A DNA stretch of 55,040 bases, from positions 1-55,040 of IMG/VR virus record IMGVR_UViG_3300030116_000815, one strand, 5' to 3'. Below, one piece after another: positions 1 to 10,100 of the stretch. The stretch is from a virus (Duplodnaviria > Caudoviricetes). How positions within the stretch are numbered: position 1 is the stretch's first letter; the number at the start of each line of letters is the position of its first letter. The position numbers and the translations under genes are program-made. The notes beneath the pieces are model-generated. The model made no database searches, was not told the origin of the DNA, and saw only the letters and a list, made by a program, of their open reading frames with translations.

Positions 1-100
1 CTGTTAGTCAAGGAGTTACTGTTCAAGATAGAGGAACAGGAGTGGGTGAAATGGGTAATTTTGGTCCGGGAAGTTTTCCGGGTAACCCTAGTAGGTATGT
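1..100. repeat. Terminal direct repeat, left copy (probable assembly circularisation overlap)
   Basis: Identical to 54941-55040 for 98 nt; position 99 differs (gtaggtatgt vs gtaggtatat). Confidence 0.9.
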
Positions 101-2702
101 ACAACCCGGTCCACCAAGAAGACAACCACCATCTCCACCATCTGGACCACCAGCAGGTTCATCATCTTCTGCTGTTACAGATAAAGGAAGACTTGATGAT
201 AATAGACAAGCAAGAGTAGAAGATACTGGACTAAGAGCAGAAGAATTAGCTAGAGGTAATTTAGATTTAGGTGCTGATACTCAAATACCTACTCCTCGTT
301 CAATAGGTAGAAGAGGAACTGAATTAAATGTAGATAGCCCTCGTTATCAAATGCAAGGAGAGTATGGAGTAGGAAGTCAAGATGTAGATGCTATTAGAGA
401 AGATGTTACTACACAAACAGCAAGACAAGCAAATTTAAGACAAGACCCTACAACTGTAAGAGCTGGTATAGAAAGAGTTAGAGATGATGGACCTAGACTT
501 ACTGCAGCACAAAGAGAGGCTAGAGGTGTTAGACCTTTACCTGACCAAACTTTAACAGATGTAAGAGACTTTGGAAACATAGATGCAATAGAAGCAGAAG
601 TAGGAAAAGCTAAAGATATTAATGGTGTTATTTCTGCAGGTGGTTTTGTACCATCAGTTATTGGAGCAGGTGCACAAGTAGAAGCTACTAGAGGTGCTGA
701 ACTTAGAACTCGTAATGCTATTGTAGATTCAAATGCAGTAGGTAGAGAAGCATCACAAATCATAGGAACTTTAGGATATGAAGCAGCAAAACAAAGACAA
801 ATAACTGGTCAAGCTGCTACAGGTGCTGCAGCAACAATGATTGCTCAAACAGCATTAATACCAGAAGATATTGCTGCTGCTATTGTAGAAGACCCTGCAA
901 CTGTAGAAGCTCAAGTAGATACTAATCCTGTAGAAGTAAACGCTGCGATTGCTGCTTTACCTTCCGAAGCTTTAGTATCTTCACAAATGGAATCATTACT
1001 AGGTGGTATGGAAGATGGACAAATTCCAACATGGGCTAGACCAGCAGTAGATTCTGTAAATGCAAACATGGCAAGAAGAGGACTTACTGCTTCAACAGTA
1101 GGAAGAGATGCTTTGTTTAATGCTATTATTCAAAGTTCTTTACCTTTAGCTCAACAAAATGCACAGGCTTTACAACAAAGAGCAGCACAAAATTTAAACA
1201 ACGAACAAACAGCAAACTTACAACAAGCTAAACAAGAACAGCAATTAAGAATGGCTAATCTTGCTAATAGGCAAACTGCTGAAAGTCAGACTGCACAATA
1301 TGCTCAACAAATGAGTGTAATGCAAAGTCAGTTTAATCAACAAGCTGTAATGACTACTGCACAACAACAACAGCAAACTGCAATGGCTAACTTGCAAAAT
1401 CAACAACAAGCTGCTGTTATTAATGTACAGAATCAACAAGCAATAAATTCTCAAAACTTAGGTAATGAGCAACAACTTAATTTAGCTGAATTACAAATAG
1501 AAGCTTCACAAGAAGGAGCAAACCAAACTGCAGAGAATCAAAGAAGATTAGTTGAAATGCAAACTGCTGCAGATTTCATGAGTAAGAATGCAGCGTTTAA
1601 ACAAGACATGGATAAAGCTAATTTATCTGCTGAACAACAAATTAGATTAGCAAATTTATCAGCACAAAATCAGGCTAGTTCTGAATCTTTGACTGCACAA
1701 CAACAAGCAGAGTTAGCAAACTTAAATAAAAGATTACAAACTAATTTAAACAATGCACAACTTGCACAGTCTTTAGGATTAGCTCAACTTAATGTAGACC
1801 AACAAAGAGCAATGACAAATGCTCAAATACAGTCTGGTATGGATATGGCTAACTTTAATGCAGACCAGCAAAGAGAATTAGCTAATAGTAAATTTATGCA
1901 GAGTGTTACTTTAGAAAACATGAATGCAGAACAACAGGCTATCATGCAAGAAGCAACAGCATTAGCTCAATTAGATGTAGCTAATTTAGGTGTTAGAGAA
2001 AGACTTAGAGTAGAAAATGCTAAGAACTTTTTATCATATGATATGGCTAACTTGACTAATGAACAACAAGCTAGAGTTATGAAAGCACAACAAGAACAAC
2101 AAAGATTGTTATCAGACCAAGCTGCCTTTAATGCTGCTGAACAATTTAATGCTACAAATGAAAATCAAGTTAATCAGTTTATGACACAACTTGCTGCACA
2201 AATGGAACAGTATAATGCATCTGCAGTTAATAACATGAAACAATTTAATAGTCAAGCATTAAATGCTGCAGAAGCTAGAAGAGCTGGTAATACATTACAG
2301 GCTGATAGTTTAACTGCACAAATGGCTTTAGATGCAGAAAAGTTTAGTTCACAACAATTATCTGCCAGAGACCAGTTTAATGCACAACAGGCTACAGTTA
2401 TTGCACAATCAAATGTAGATTGGAGGCGTAAAGCTAATACTGCTGATACTGCTGCTTTTAATGCAGTTAATCAACAGAATGCACAGAATGCTTTTAATCT
2501 TACAGCATCTGCTAATAACTTCTTATGGCAAGAACTTAGAGATGAGGCTGACTTTGCTTTCAAAAGATATGATAATGACCAGCAAAGAAAGACATCATTA
2601 CTTGTTGCTGCTTTAGGAAACGAGCAGGGTGTAAATGAAAAAGGTAAATGGGATGACAACATAACTGCATTGTATAATGTATTTAGTGGATTTTTAGATT
2701 AG
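3..2702 (+). CDS. Internal virion/ejection protein, Q/N/A-rich coiled-coil repeats (3' part of a gene starting at 54736; about 968 aa if joined)
   Basis: Open frame, in frame with the ATG at 54736 across the terminal repeat; ANLxNxQQ-type repeats; lies between tail genes and other large virion genes. Confidence 0.65.
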   Translation, partial: VSQGVTVQDRGTGVGEMGNFGPGSFPGNPSRYVQPGPPRRQPPSPPSGPPAGSSSSAVTDKGRLDDNRQARVEDTGLRAEELARGNLDLGADTQIPTPRSIGRRGTELNVDSPRYQMQGEYGVGSQDVDAIREDVTTQTARQANLRQDPTTVRAGIERVRDDGPRLTAAQREARGVRPLPDQTLTDVRDFGNIDAIEAEVGKAKDINGVISAGGFVPSVIGAGAQVEATRGAELRTRNAIVDSNAVGREASQIIGTLGYEAAKQRQITGQAATGAAATMIAQTALIPEDIAAAIVEDPATVEAQVDTNPVEVNAAIAALPSEALVSSQMESLLGGMEDGQIPTWARPAVDSVNANMARRGLTASTVGRDALFNAIIQSSLPLAQQNAQALQQRAAQNLNNEQTANLQQAKQEQQLRMANLANRQTAESQTAQYAQQMSVMQSQFNQQAVMTTAQQQQQTAMANLQNQQQAAVINVQNQQAINSQNLGNEQQLNLAELQIEASQEGANQTAENQRRLVEMQTAADFMSKNAAFKQDMDKANLSAEQQIRLANLSAQNQASSESLTAQQQAELANLNKRLQTNLNNAQLAQSLGLAQLNVDQQRAMTNAQIQSGMDMANFNADQQRELANSKFMQSVTLENMNAEQQAIMQEATALAQLDVANLGVRERLRVENAKNFLSYDMANLTNEQQARVMKAQQEQQRLLSDQAAFNAAEQFNATNENQVNQFMTQLAAQMEQYNASAVNNMKQFNSQALNAAEARRAGNTLQADSLTAQMALDAEKFSSQQLSARDQFNAQQATVIAQSNVDWRRKANTADTAAFNAVNQQNAQNAFNLTASANNFLWQELRDEADFAFKRYDNDQQRKTSLLVAALGNEQGVNEKGKWDDNITALYNVFSGFLD

Positions 2703-2710
2703 GAGAACTT

Positions 2711-3790
2711 ATGAGTGTACTTAAAAAACTTAGAAGAGGAATAAAAAAAATAGGTAAAAAAATAGGAGCACATTTTAAAAAAGTTGGTAAGAAACTTAAA
2801 AGTGGTTTAAAGAAAGTAGCAGGTAAATTTGCTGAACTAGGACCATTGGGAAGTATTGCTTTGTCTTTTGTTATACCTACTGTAGGAGCATGGATTCAAG
2901 GCATGGATGGCACCATTATAGCCAGAGTAGCTGATGGTATTGGTAAGGCTGCAGGTGCTGTAAAAAATGGAGTAGGTAAAGTTTTTAATACTGTAATGGA
3001 TGGTGTAGAAAATGGCATGAATGCTATTGCAGGTAAAGGTATGAATCAAAGAGGATGGGGTAGTTCTTTTAGAGATGGTGTTAGTAAACTAACTGGAGAC
3101 TTTATTGAAGGCTCTACAAAAGGATTAGACTTACCAGCTAAAGAAGGTTTATTTAAAACAGGTGCTGATTTTGATGCAGCTAAAGCATCTGGAGAAATAG
3201 ACTTTAAACAAGCAGAAGCTCGTTATGATAGAAAATTTGATAAAAAAGTAGCTAGGTTAAATAAAAGACAAGCTAGATTAGGACAAGATAAATATAATGC
3301 TGCGATGAAAGATTTAATGGATGCTAAACCAACTGACCAGTCATTATATAAAATAGAACCTAGAAAACCTTTTAGTGAAAGAGATACTTTTAGACAAAAA
3401 CAAGCTATTGGAGAAAGAAGTATTTTTGGTAAGGCATCTCCTGCTACACCAAAAGATGCACTAAGTTTTAAAGAAATGAAAGCACAAGAAAACTTAAAGT
3501 TAAGAGATTACTTGAGAACAAGTAAAGAGTTTGGTATTGCTAAAAGAATTATGCCAGTACAAGCTGCAACAACACAATACTTTAGACAAGAAGAAGCTCA
3601 ACAGGCTGCTTTAGAATATGCAAAAACTGCACAAAGAAAATATTTTTCTAATGTAGCACAACAAACTTTAATTAGACCTGTAAGTCCAAATGTATCTTAC
3701 ATGGATTTCTCAACTGACTTAAGTGATATGGATATGTACAGATTACAAAATTCTTATACAGGTATTTTAGGAGAAGGATTGTATGCGTAG
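2711..3790 (+). CDS. Putative ejection/pilot protein with cationic amphipathic N-terminus
   Basis: AGGAG SD; N-terminus SVLKKLRRGIKKIGKKIG followed by a hydrophobic Gly/Ala segment; operon position. Confidence 0.55.
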   Translation: MSVLKKLRRGIKKIGKKIGAHFKKVGKKLKSGLKKVAGKFAELGPLGSIALSFVIPTVGAWIQGMDGTIIARVADGIGKAAGAVKNGVGKVFNTVMDGVENGMNAIAGKGMNQRGWGSSFRDGVSKLTGDFIEGSTKGLDLPAKEGLFKTGADFDAAKASGEIDFKQAEARYDRKFDKKVARLNKRQARLGQDKYNAAMKDLMDAKPTDQSLYKIEPRKPFSERDTFRQKQAIGERSIFGKASPATPKDALSFKEMKAQENLKLRDYLRTSKEFGIAKRIMPVQAATTQYFRQEEAQQAALEYAKTAQRKYFSNVAQQTLIRPVSPNVSYMDFSTDLSDMDMYRLQNSYTGILGEGLYA

Positions 3791-4388
3791 AGAATCAGAT
3801 ATACCACAAGCTTTACAGGAACAATTATTTGAAGGACCAATTCCGGGTCAGTCATTAACTAATGACCCTAACAATCGTTACCCTTGGGAAGGACCACCAC
3901 AGATGACTTCTGTAAAAGAAGCTAGAGAAAAAATATTCTTTTCTTTAACTGAACCAGAAAGATTAGAAAACATACAACAGTTATTGTTAAACAAAGTTCC
4001 TATTAATGCTATTGCAGAAACTTTATTAGTAGGAGCTTTTAGAGATGGTAAGTTTAATCCAGATATGATTATAAATCTAATGGAACCTACAATGATTATG
4101 TTAATGGCTATAGCAGAAAAATCTGGTATTAGACCAATCATAGATGCTGATGATGAAGATTATGGAGATGAAGAAGATTATATGATGCCTCCAGAAAATC
4201 CAATCATGGCTAACGATGACACAAGAAGAGTATTAGAAAGAAGAAAAAAATTAACACCACCAACATTAAATAAAGCTGCTGTTGGTAGAAACATAGAAAA
4301 AGAATTAGATAAATTAGATGTTAAAAAAGTTCAAGAAAGTATATTACAAAAACCAAAACCAACAGATAGTTTATTAAGTAGAGGATAG
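3783..4388 (+). CDS. Conserved virion-associated hypothetical protein (PIPGQSLT..PWE.PP motif)
   Basis: Overlaps upstream stop; motif typical of marine podovirus ejection-gene clusters. Confidence 0.6.
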   Translation: MRRESDIPQALQEQLFEGPIPGQSLTNDPNNRYPWEGPPQMTSVKEAREKIFFSLTEPERLENIQQLLLNKVPINAIAETLLVGAFRDGKFNPDMIINLMEPTMIMLMAIAEKSGIRPIIDADDEDYGDEEDYMMPPENPIMANDDTRRVLERRKKLTPPTLNKAAVGRNIEKELDKLDVKKVQESILQKPKPTDSLLSRG

Positions 4389-4392
4389 TAAA

Positions 4393-7194
4393 ATGGCTGA
4401 TGATATAAGCAATTTAATTAGTGGAATGGATGATATGACCCTAGAGGAACTAGGTGGTTCATTATTATCAAGACAAGCTAAACTAAACAGACAAAGAGAA
4501 AAAGAAGCTAGAAAATCTCAAAAGATTCAAAATGCTTTGGCTATTATAGGTATAGGTCAAGCATTAACAAAAGATGCTTTTAAAAGAAGAACTGATGAGT
4601 TAGATGCTATAGAAGCATTTAACAGACCTTTACAAGATTATAAATCAGAATCATCTAGAGTTATTGCTAATACTATAGAGCCTTTACAGAATGTAAATTT
4701 TGAAAGTCAAGATTATCTTAACTATAAAAATGACCCAAACTTAAAAAAATATTTTGCATCAATAGGTATACAAAATCCTACAGAGGGAGATTATAGAGCA
4801 GGGTATCTAAAAGAAAGTGACCAATTAGAATTATTTGCAGCACAGTTTAGAGAGCCTATTGATAAAACTATACAACAACTATGGGGTAAAAATTATGAAA
4901 CTCTAGTTGAAGATAGAGAAGCATATGATTATTTATTTGATAGTGCATCTTTTGATATAGCAAGACATTTCTTAAAAAATACTGCAACAGATGGTAGTTA
5001 TAGACCTGCATATGAAAATTTTCTAGATGAAATGGTATCACTATATACACAAGATGGTGTTGTAGATATGGATAGAGAAGATGTTTTACAAAGAGCTATG
5101 GGTCTAACTCAACCACAGTTAGCACAATTAGAAAGAGCATACTTTGCAAGAAAAGGTAATCAATATAGAAAAGGTATATTTGGTGGATTAGGAGATATAG
5201 GTAGAAAATGGTTTGGCGTATCTGGAAGAAATGGCTCTCCTAATATATTTGAAACAGCAAGTAATGTAGACATGTATGGAAACAGAGCTAAAGCAGATGG
5301 ACTATTTGAAATCAATGTACCATCACTAATTAGACAATCAACTAAAAACAATATTGCTGAACTTAAAAAAGGTAATGAATCTGAATTACCTATTGGTCCA
5401 GACACTAATGCTAGAATAGCTTATGAAGCAGATGCAGACTTTATATTATTAGCAGAGGGAGACCCTGCTAGTGGTGTTCCCGGATTAGTAGATGCTGGTG
5501 GTAAAGGAACAGATGGAAGATTTTATCAAGAGTTTTTTGCAAATAAACAATGGAAAGAACAACAACAAAGTTTATTAGCTAACATGGCTATTCCTACATA
5601 TGATGGAAAAAATCAAACTGGCAGAAATTTTGATTTTTTTAGAAGAAGTAGAAAATATATGAACTACACCAAAAATTTAAGTGGTGTTGAAATTAAAGAT
5701 TTTAATGTGCAAACAGGAATACTTGCAAAAGAAATGAGAGATAATCCAGACTTTGCTCGAAGAACTTTTAATGAAATAGCTGGAACTGTTGATGGATGGG
5801 AAGCTAATTCAGATGAAGTAAATGCAATATTTGACCAATATTATAATACTGATGAAGGTATTTTATTTATGGCTCATGCAATGGTAGCTAGAAATGGATT
5901 ATATAGTAGAGGCTTATTTCCAAAAGAAAGATATAGAGCTCCTAGTGATATTGTTGAAACATTTAATGAAGATTATTTTGAACCAGCATTTAATAAGAAT
6001 GGTGGTATATTACCAATAGTTAACGACAATATGATATACATAGATAGGGATGGATTTAAAACTAAAGAAGATTATAATGGTTTAAATCAAACTCAACAGG
6101 CTGCAATATATCATCAAACATTTTTAGGTATATCAGAATCAGATATGGATAATGGTACTAAAATAGAAATGTTAAATACTTTGTTTGAAACAGTTAGTCA
6201 TCCTACTGCAGGTCCTACAAATTTAGCTACATACTTACAAATTTTAGATAATTCAAATGCTAGAGATGTATTGTTTGCTGTAGATGGCGTAGACCCTACA
6301 GAGCCATTAAGTTCATTTATGGGCTATAAAGATATTGGTAAGCAAAATTCTAAAAATATAGAAACAACTATAGCAAAAATAAATCAAGAGTTAGGTAAAG
6401 AATATGGATTTGTACCTGACCCTAATAATCCTTTTAATGTTAGGGAACCCAGAACAAGTCAGTCACAAATAGATGACATGAATGCTAATCCTATATTTAA
6501 AACAGAAGAATTTGCTGGTACAGAATTAGGTGGACCTAACTATCAAAATATTTTAGACTCACAAATAGATAGAATGACTGAGGTCGGAATTATACCTGCA
6601 AATGCTAATATGGATATAGTAGAATATAAACTAAATAGATTAATGCAAACAATAGCATACGCAGAAAGTAAAGTAAACCCAGAAGCTAGAAATCCAGATT
6701 CAGGTGCTCAATCATTATTCCAATTCTTTGATACTTCTGCTAAAACAGCAGTTAATAGATTAAAGAGAGAACTAAGTTCAGATTATGATTTACCCGAAGA
6801 TATAAAAGCTATGATTCAAAGTGGAGATTATAACATATTAGATGCTAATGGTAATACTAGATTAAGTCCTGAAAGTCAAGTTTTATTAGGTTTGTCTAAT
6901 CTTATAGAAGACAGAGCAGTAGACATGGTAACTGCTGAAAGACTTCCAGATGGAACTGGCTCACAATATATGACAGATTACTTAACTTCTGACATAAATT
7001 CACCAGAAGAAAGAGAAGCTATTACAAATCTATATTATAATGTACATCATAAAGCTGAGCTTGGTAAACGACCGGGATTTATAGAAGTTCAAAGAATTAA
7101 ACTTAATTGGACTGATGCTTATAATAAATATTTTAGTCCTTTTACAAGAGAAGATAAACCAAAAATTCCTTTTGGAATGACACTCGGAACTTAA
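4393..7194 (+). CDS. Internal virion protein with C-terminal lytic transglycosylase-like domain
   Basis: 933 aa; GAGGA SD; IAYAES..NP.A.N..SGA.SLFQF resembles SLT motifs I and II. Confidence 0.6.
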   Translation: MADDISNLISGMDDMTLEELGGSLLSRQAKLNRQREKEARKSQKIQNALAIIGIGQALTKDAFKRRTDELDAIEAFNRPLQDYKSESSRVIANTIEPLQNVNFESQDYLNYKNDPNLKKYFASIGIQNPTEGDYRAGYLKESDQLELFAAQFREPIDKTIQQLWGKNYETLVEDREAYDYLFDSASFDIARHFLKNTATDGSYRPAYENFLDEMVSLYTQDGVVDMDREDVLQRAMGLTQPQLAQLERAYFARKGNQYRKGIFGGLGDIGRKWFGVSGRNGSPNIFETASNVDMYGNRAKADGLFEINVPSLIRQSTKNNIAELKKGNESELPIGPDTNARIAYEADADFILLAEGDPASGVPGLVDAGGKGTDGRFYQEFFANKQWKEQQQSLLANMAIPTYDGKNQTGRNFDFFRRSRKYMNYTKNLSGVEIKDFNVQTGILAKEMRDNPDFARRTFNEIAGTVDGWEANSDEVNAIFDQYYNTDEGILFMAHAMVARNGLYSRGLFPKERYRAPSDIVETFNEDYFEPAFNKNGGILPIVNDNMIYIDRDGFKTKEDYNGLNQTQQAAIYHQTFLGISESDMDNGTKIEMLNTLFETVSHPTAGPTNLATYLQILDNSNARDVLFAVDGVDPTEPLSSFMGYKDIGKQNSKNIETTIAKINQELGKEYGFVPDPNNPFNVREPRTSQSQIDDMNANPIFKTEEFAGTELGGPNYQNILDSQIDRMTEVGIIPANANMDIVEYKLNRLMQTIAYAESKVNPEARNPDSGAQSLFQFFDTSAKTAVNRLKRELSSDYDLPEDIKAMIQSGDYNILDANGNTRLSPESQVLLGLSNLIEDRAVDMVTAERLPDGTGSQYMTDYLTSDINSPEEREAITNLYYNVHHKAELGKRPGFIEVQRIKLNWTDAYNKYFSPFTREDKPKIPFGMTLGT

Positions 7195-10100
7195 ATGGCA
7201 ACATCAAGACCATTCTATCTTGCATATGAAGAAGCTGTAAGGCGTAGAGATGCAGAAGAAGAAAGAAAGAAAAGAGAGAAAGAGTTAGAAGAGCAAAGAT
7301 TATTAGCTTTAAAACCTCCTTCTGTTGACCCTGTTGAAGAATCTTTGTTTGAGCAATTCAGAGAAAGTGACAGAATGGTCAAGAAAGCTTTAGACCCCTC
7401 ACCTCAAAGAATACCTACAACTAGGTTGACACTTACCCAATTAAAAAATGATAATGAGTTTGCTGATACAGCAGAACGATTCATGGACACTATTGGTCGT
7501 AACGAAAATATATTTGAATATCTAAGAGATGCTAATTTTAGTTTATCTGCTGCTGCACAAAGGTCTTTTGAAATGGGAGACTGGGATGAACAAACAATGC
7601 AAGATTATAATTATCTTAGAACTAGATTTAATAATGCAGAGATAGGCAGTTTTAAAGAAAGACTAGGACAAATAAAAGATATAGGTGGAGATATTTTATT
7701 TGACCCTGTTAATTGGTTAACTTTATTATTTGCTGCACCTACTGGTGGTGGTGCTCTTGGAGCTAGAGCTACTGTTGCAGCAGCACAGGCTAAAGGAACA
7801 GCACGATTAGCACAACAAGGACTTAAAAGATATACTAAAGCTAAGTTTGAAAAAGATGTAGGAAAAGAATCTGCAAAAAGATTTGGACTATTAGGTGCAT
7901 CAGAAGGTTTAGCATGGGCTGGATTGCATGATTACTTTATGCAAGACATAGATGTTAACTTAGGTTTACAAGATGAAATAGATGTAAATAGACTTGCTGT
8001 TTCTAGTACATTAGGTGCTACATTAGGTGGTGCTGTCGGTGCTGGTATTGGTAGATTATCTGTAGGTCCAAGATATGCAAAGATGTTAGAAAAAGAATAT
8101 AAGTTTGCTAGTGAAGCTAATGTTGATGCAACTGTTCCTAAATATAGACAAGGAAGTTTATTTGATGAAGATGAGGTACCTACAACTAAACCTAAAGAAG
8201 GTGAAGTTAAACCTACTCCTAAACCTAAAAAAGAAGAAGAGCCTACTATTAGACAACAAGAAGAAGAAGAGTATAGACAGCAACAACAAGCAGATTCTTT
8301 ATTCTACAACGATTGGATGGATAAAGACAAAATTCCTAATCCTATTAAATGGTTTTCAAAAACTTTTGTAGAAAAACCAACTAAAGTATTTTATGATAGA
8401 TTACAAAAGTTAGGACCTAACGCATCTTATACTTTAATGAATAATCTTAGAAAGTTAAGACAAGATGTAGATAGAGATGCTCTTGGTAAAAAAGGTACTG
8501 GTGTAAAACAAATACAATTAAATAGAGCATATGCAGATGATTTAGATAGAAGTACATTTAATAAATTTACAAATGAAAGTTATGGTGAATATTTTGCAAG
8601 TTTGATTGGTCTTTTTAATACAGGACTAGAACAAGCATTTGGTGTGTTAGGATTAACAGGAGTATTTAGAACTAGAATTGCTACAACAAATAATAATCAA
8701 GTTAGAGACCTTTTACAAAATAAAGATTTGATGCTTGTAAGAGAAAGAGCTATAGATAAAGAAGGTAATTATTATGGCTTTACTGGTAAAGAAACTATCA
8801 TGCAAAGGACAATGAATGAAGATGGTACATATACATTTAATAAAAAAATAAATGTAGGTGATGAAGTTGATGGTATAAAACTAGATGCTGAATTACATTT
8901 TGGTTATAAAAGATTAAGAGGTTTATATGATGAAGTATATGATTTATCAATACAAGAAGGTTTAATAGATTCATCAGTTAGTAAGTTAGGATATTTTCCT
9001 AGGATGTTTAATCATTCAGCAGTACAGAAAAAAAGAGAAATATTACAAGAAAAAATTATTAAGTATGGTCATGCAAATCCTGACAATACTAAAATGAAAT
9101 TAACAGATTATATAGATGAAACTGGTAATCCAATAGAAGTTGCATATTTTAAAGGTGATAAAGGATTAGATTGGAATACATTTACTATATTACGAGAAGG
9201 TGGTTATGATAGTTTTGAAGATATTGCAGCTAGTGTTTACTATCGTAGTCTTACCAATAAACAAAAACAAAGTTTTAATAATCGAGCTGATGTCAAACAA
9301 TTTGTAAAAGACAATGAATTAAGAAAAGGTCAGTCATATAAGTTTCTTATAGATAAGATTGATGAAAAATCAAATCTAACAATAGATTTTAGTAAGCTAA
9401 AGAATTTTAAAAGAAATGATACTATTAGTGCATATGAGTATGCTAGACAAGTTAAAGCAGAAACTATAGTAACAGACATGTTAGAGAAAAGACATATACC
9501 TAATGAGTTAAAAATGTTAGGTAAAAGATATGGAGAAAACGCTGGATTTTTACAGTCAAGAAGATTTGTAAACATACCTGATAGAGAATTAAACGAGTTC
9601 TTAGAAGATGATGTTATGACTATATCTAATCAATACTTTAACAATGCAGCACAAATATTGGCAAGAAGTAGATATTTTGGTAAAAATATTTCTGTACAAG
9701 AAGATACAATATTTAAACCTATACGAGAAGAGTTACAAGAAGCAGGATTAAGTTTGGAAGAGGCTGCAAAAATAACAGATGATTTTAGAAAAGTTGTTAG
9801 AAAAATTACAGGTTTAGATAACAGTCATTTAGATAGTTGGTGGAATAAAACTGCTGCTGGTAGAAACTTAGGAGACTTTTTAAAACTATCACAGCAAATG
9901 GCTCACTTACCATTAGCTACATTATCTAGTATAACAGAGCCTTTGATTCTTTTAACAAGAGATTTTTCTTCTGATACTACTAAAGATATTGGTAGGGCTT
10001 TACTTAGTGAAACTAATAACATGTTTGACAGAATAGGTAAAACAGTATCAAGAGCTAGAGGAAAGGCTACACCAAGACAAAAATTAAGTAGACTTGGCGT

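Noticed and set aside
1140-2500. Q/N-rich region as a prion-like or curli substrate
   Set aside because: Ala/Leu periodicity indicates alpha-helical coiled coil and there is no signal peptide; better explained as an ejection protein.
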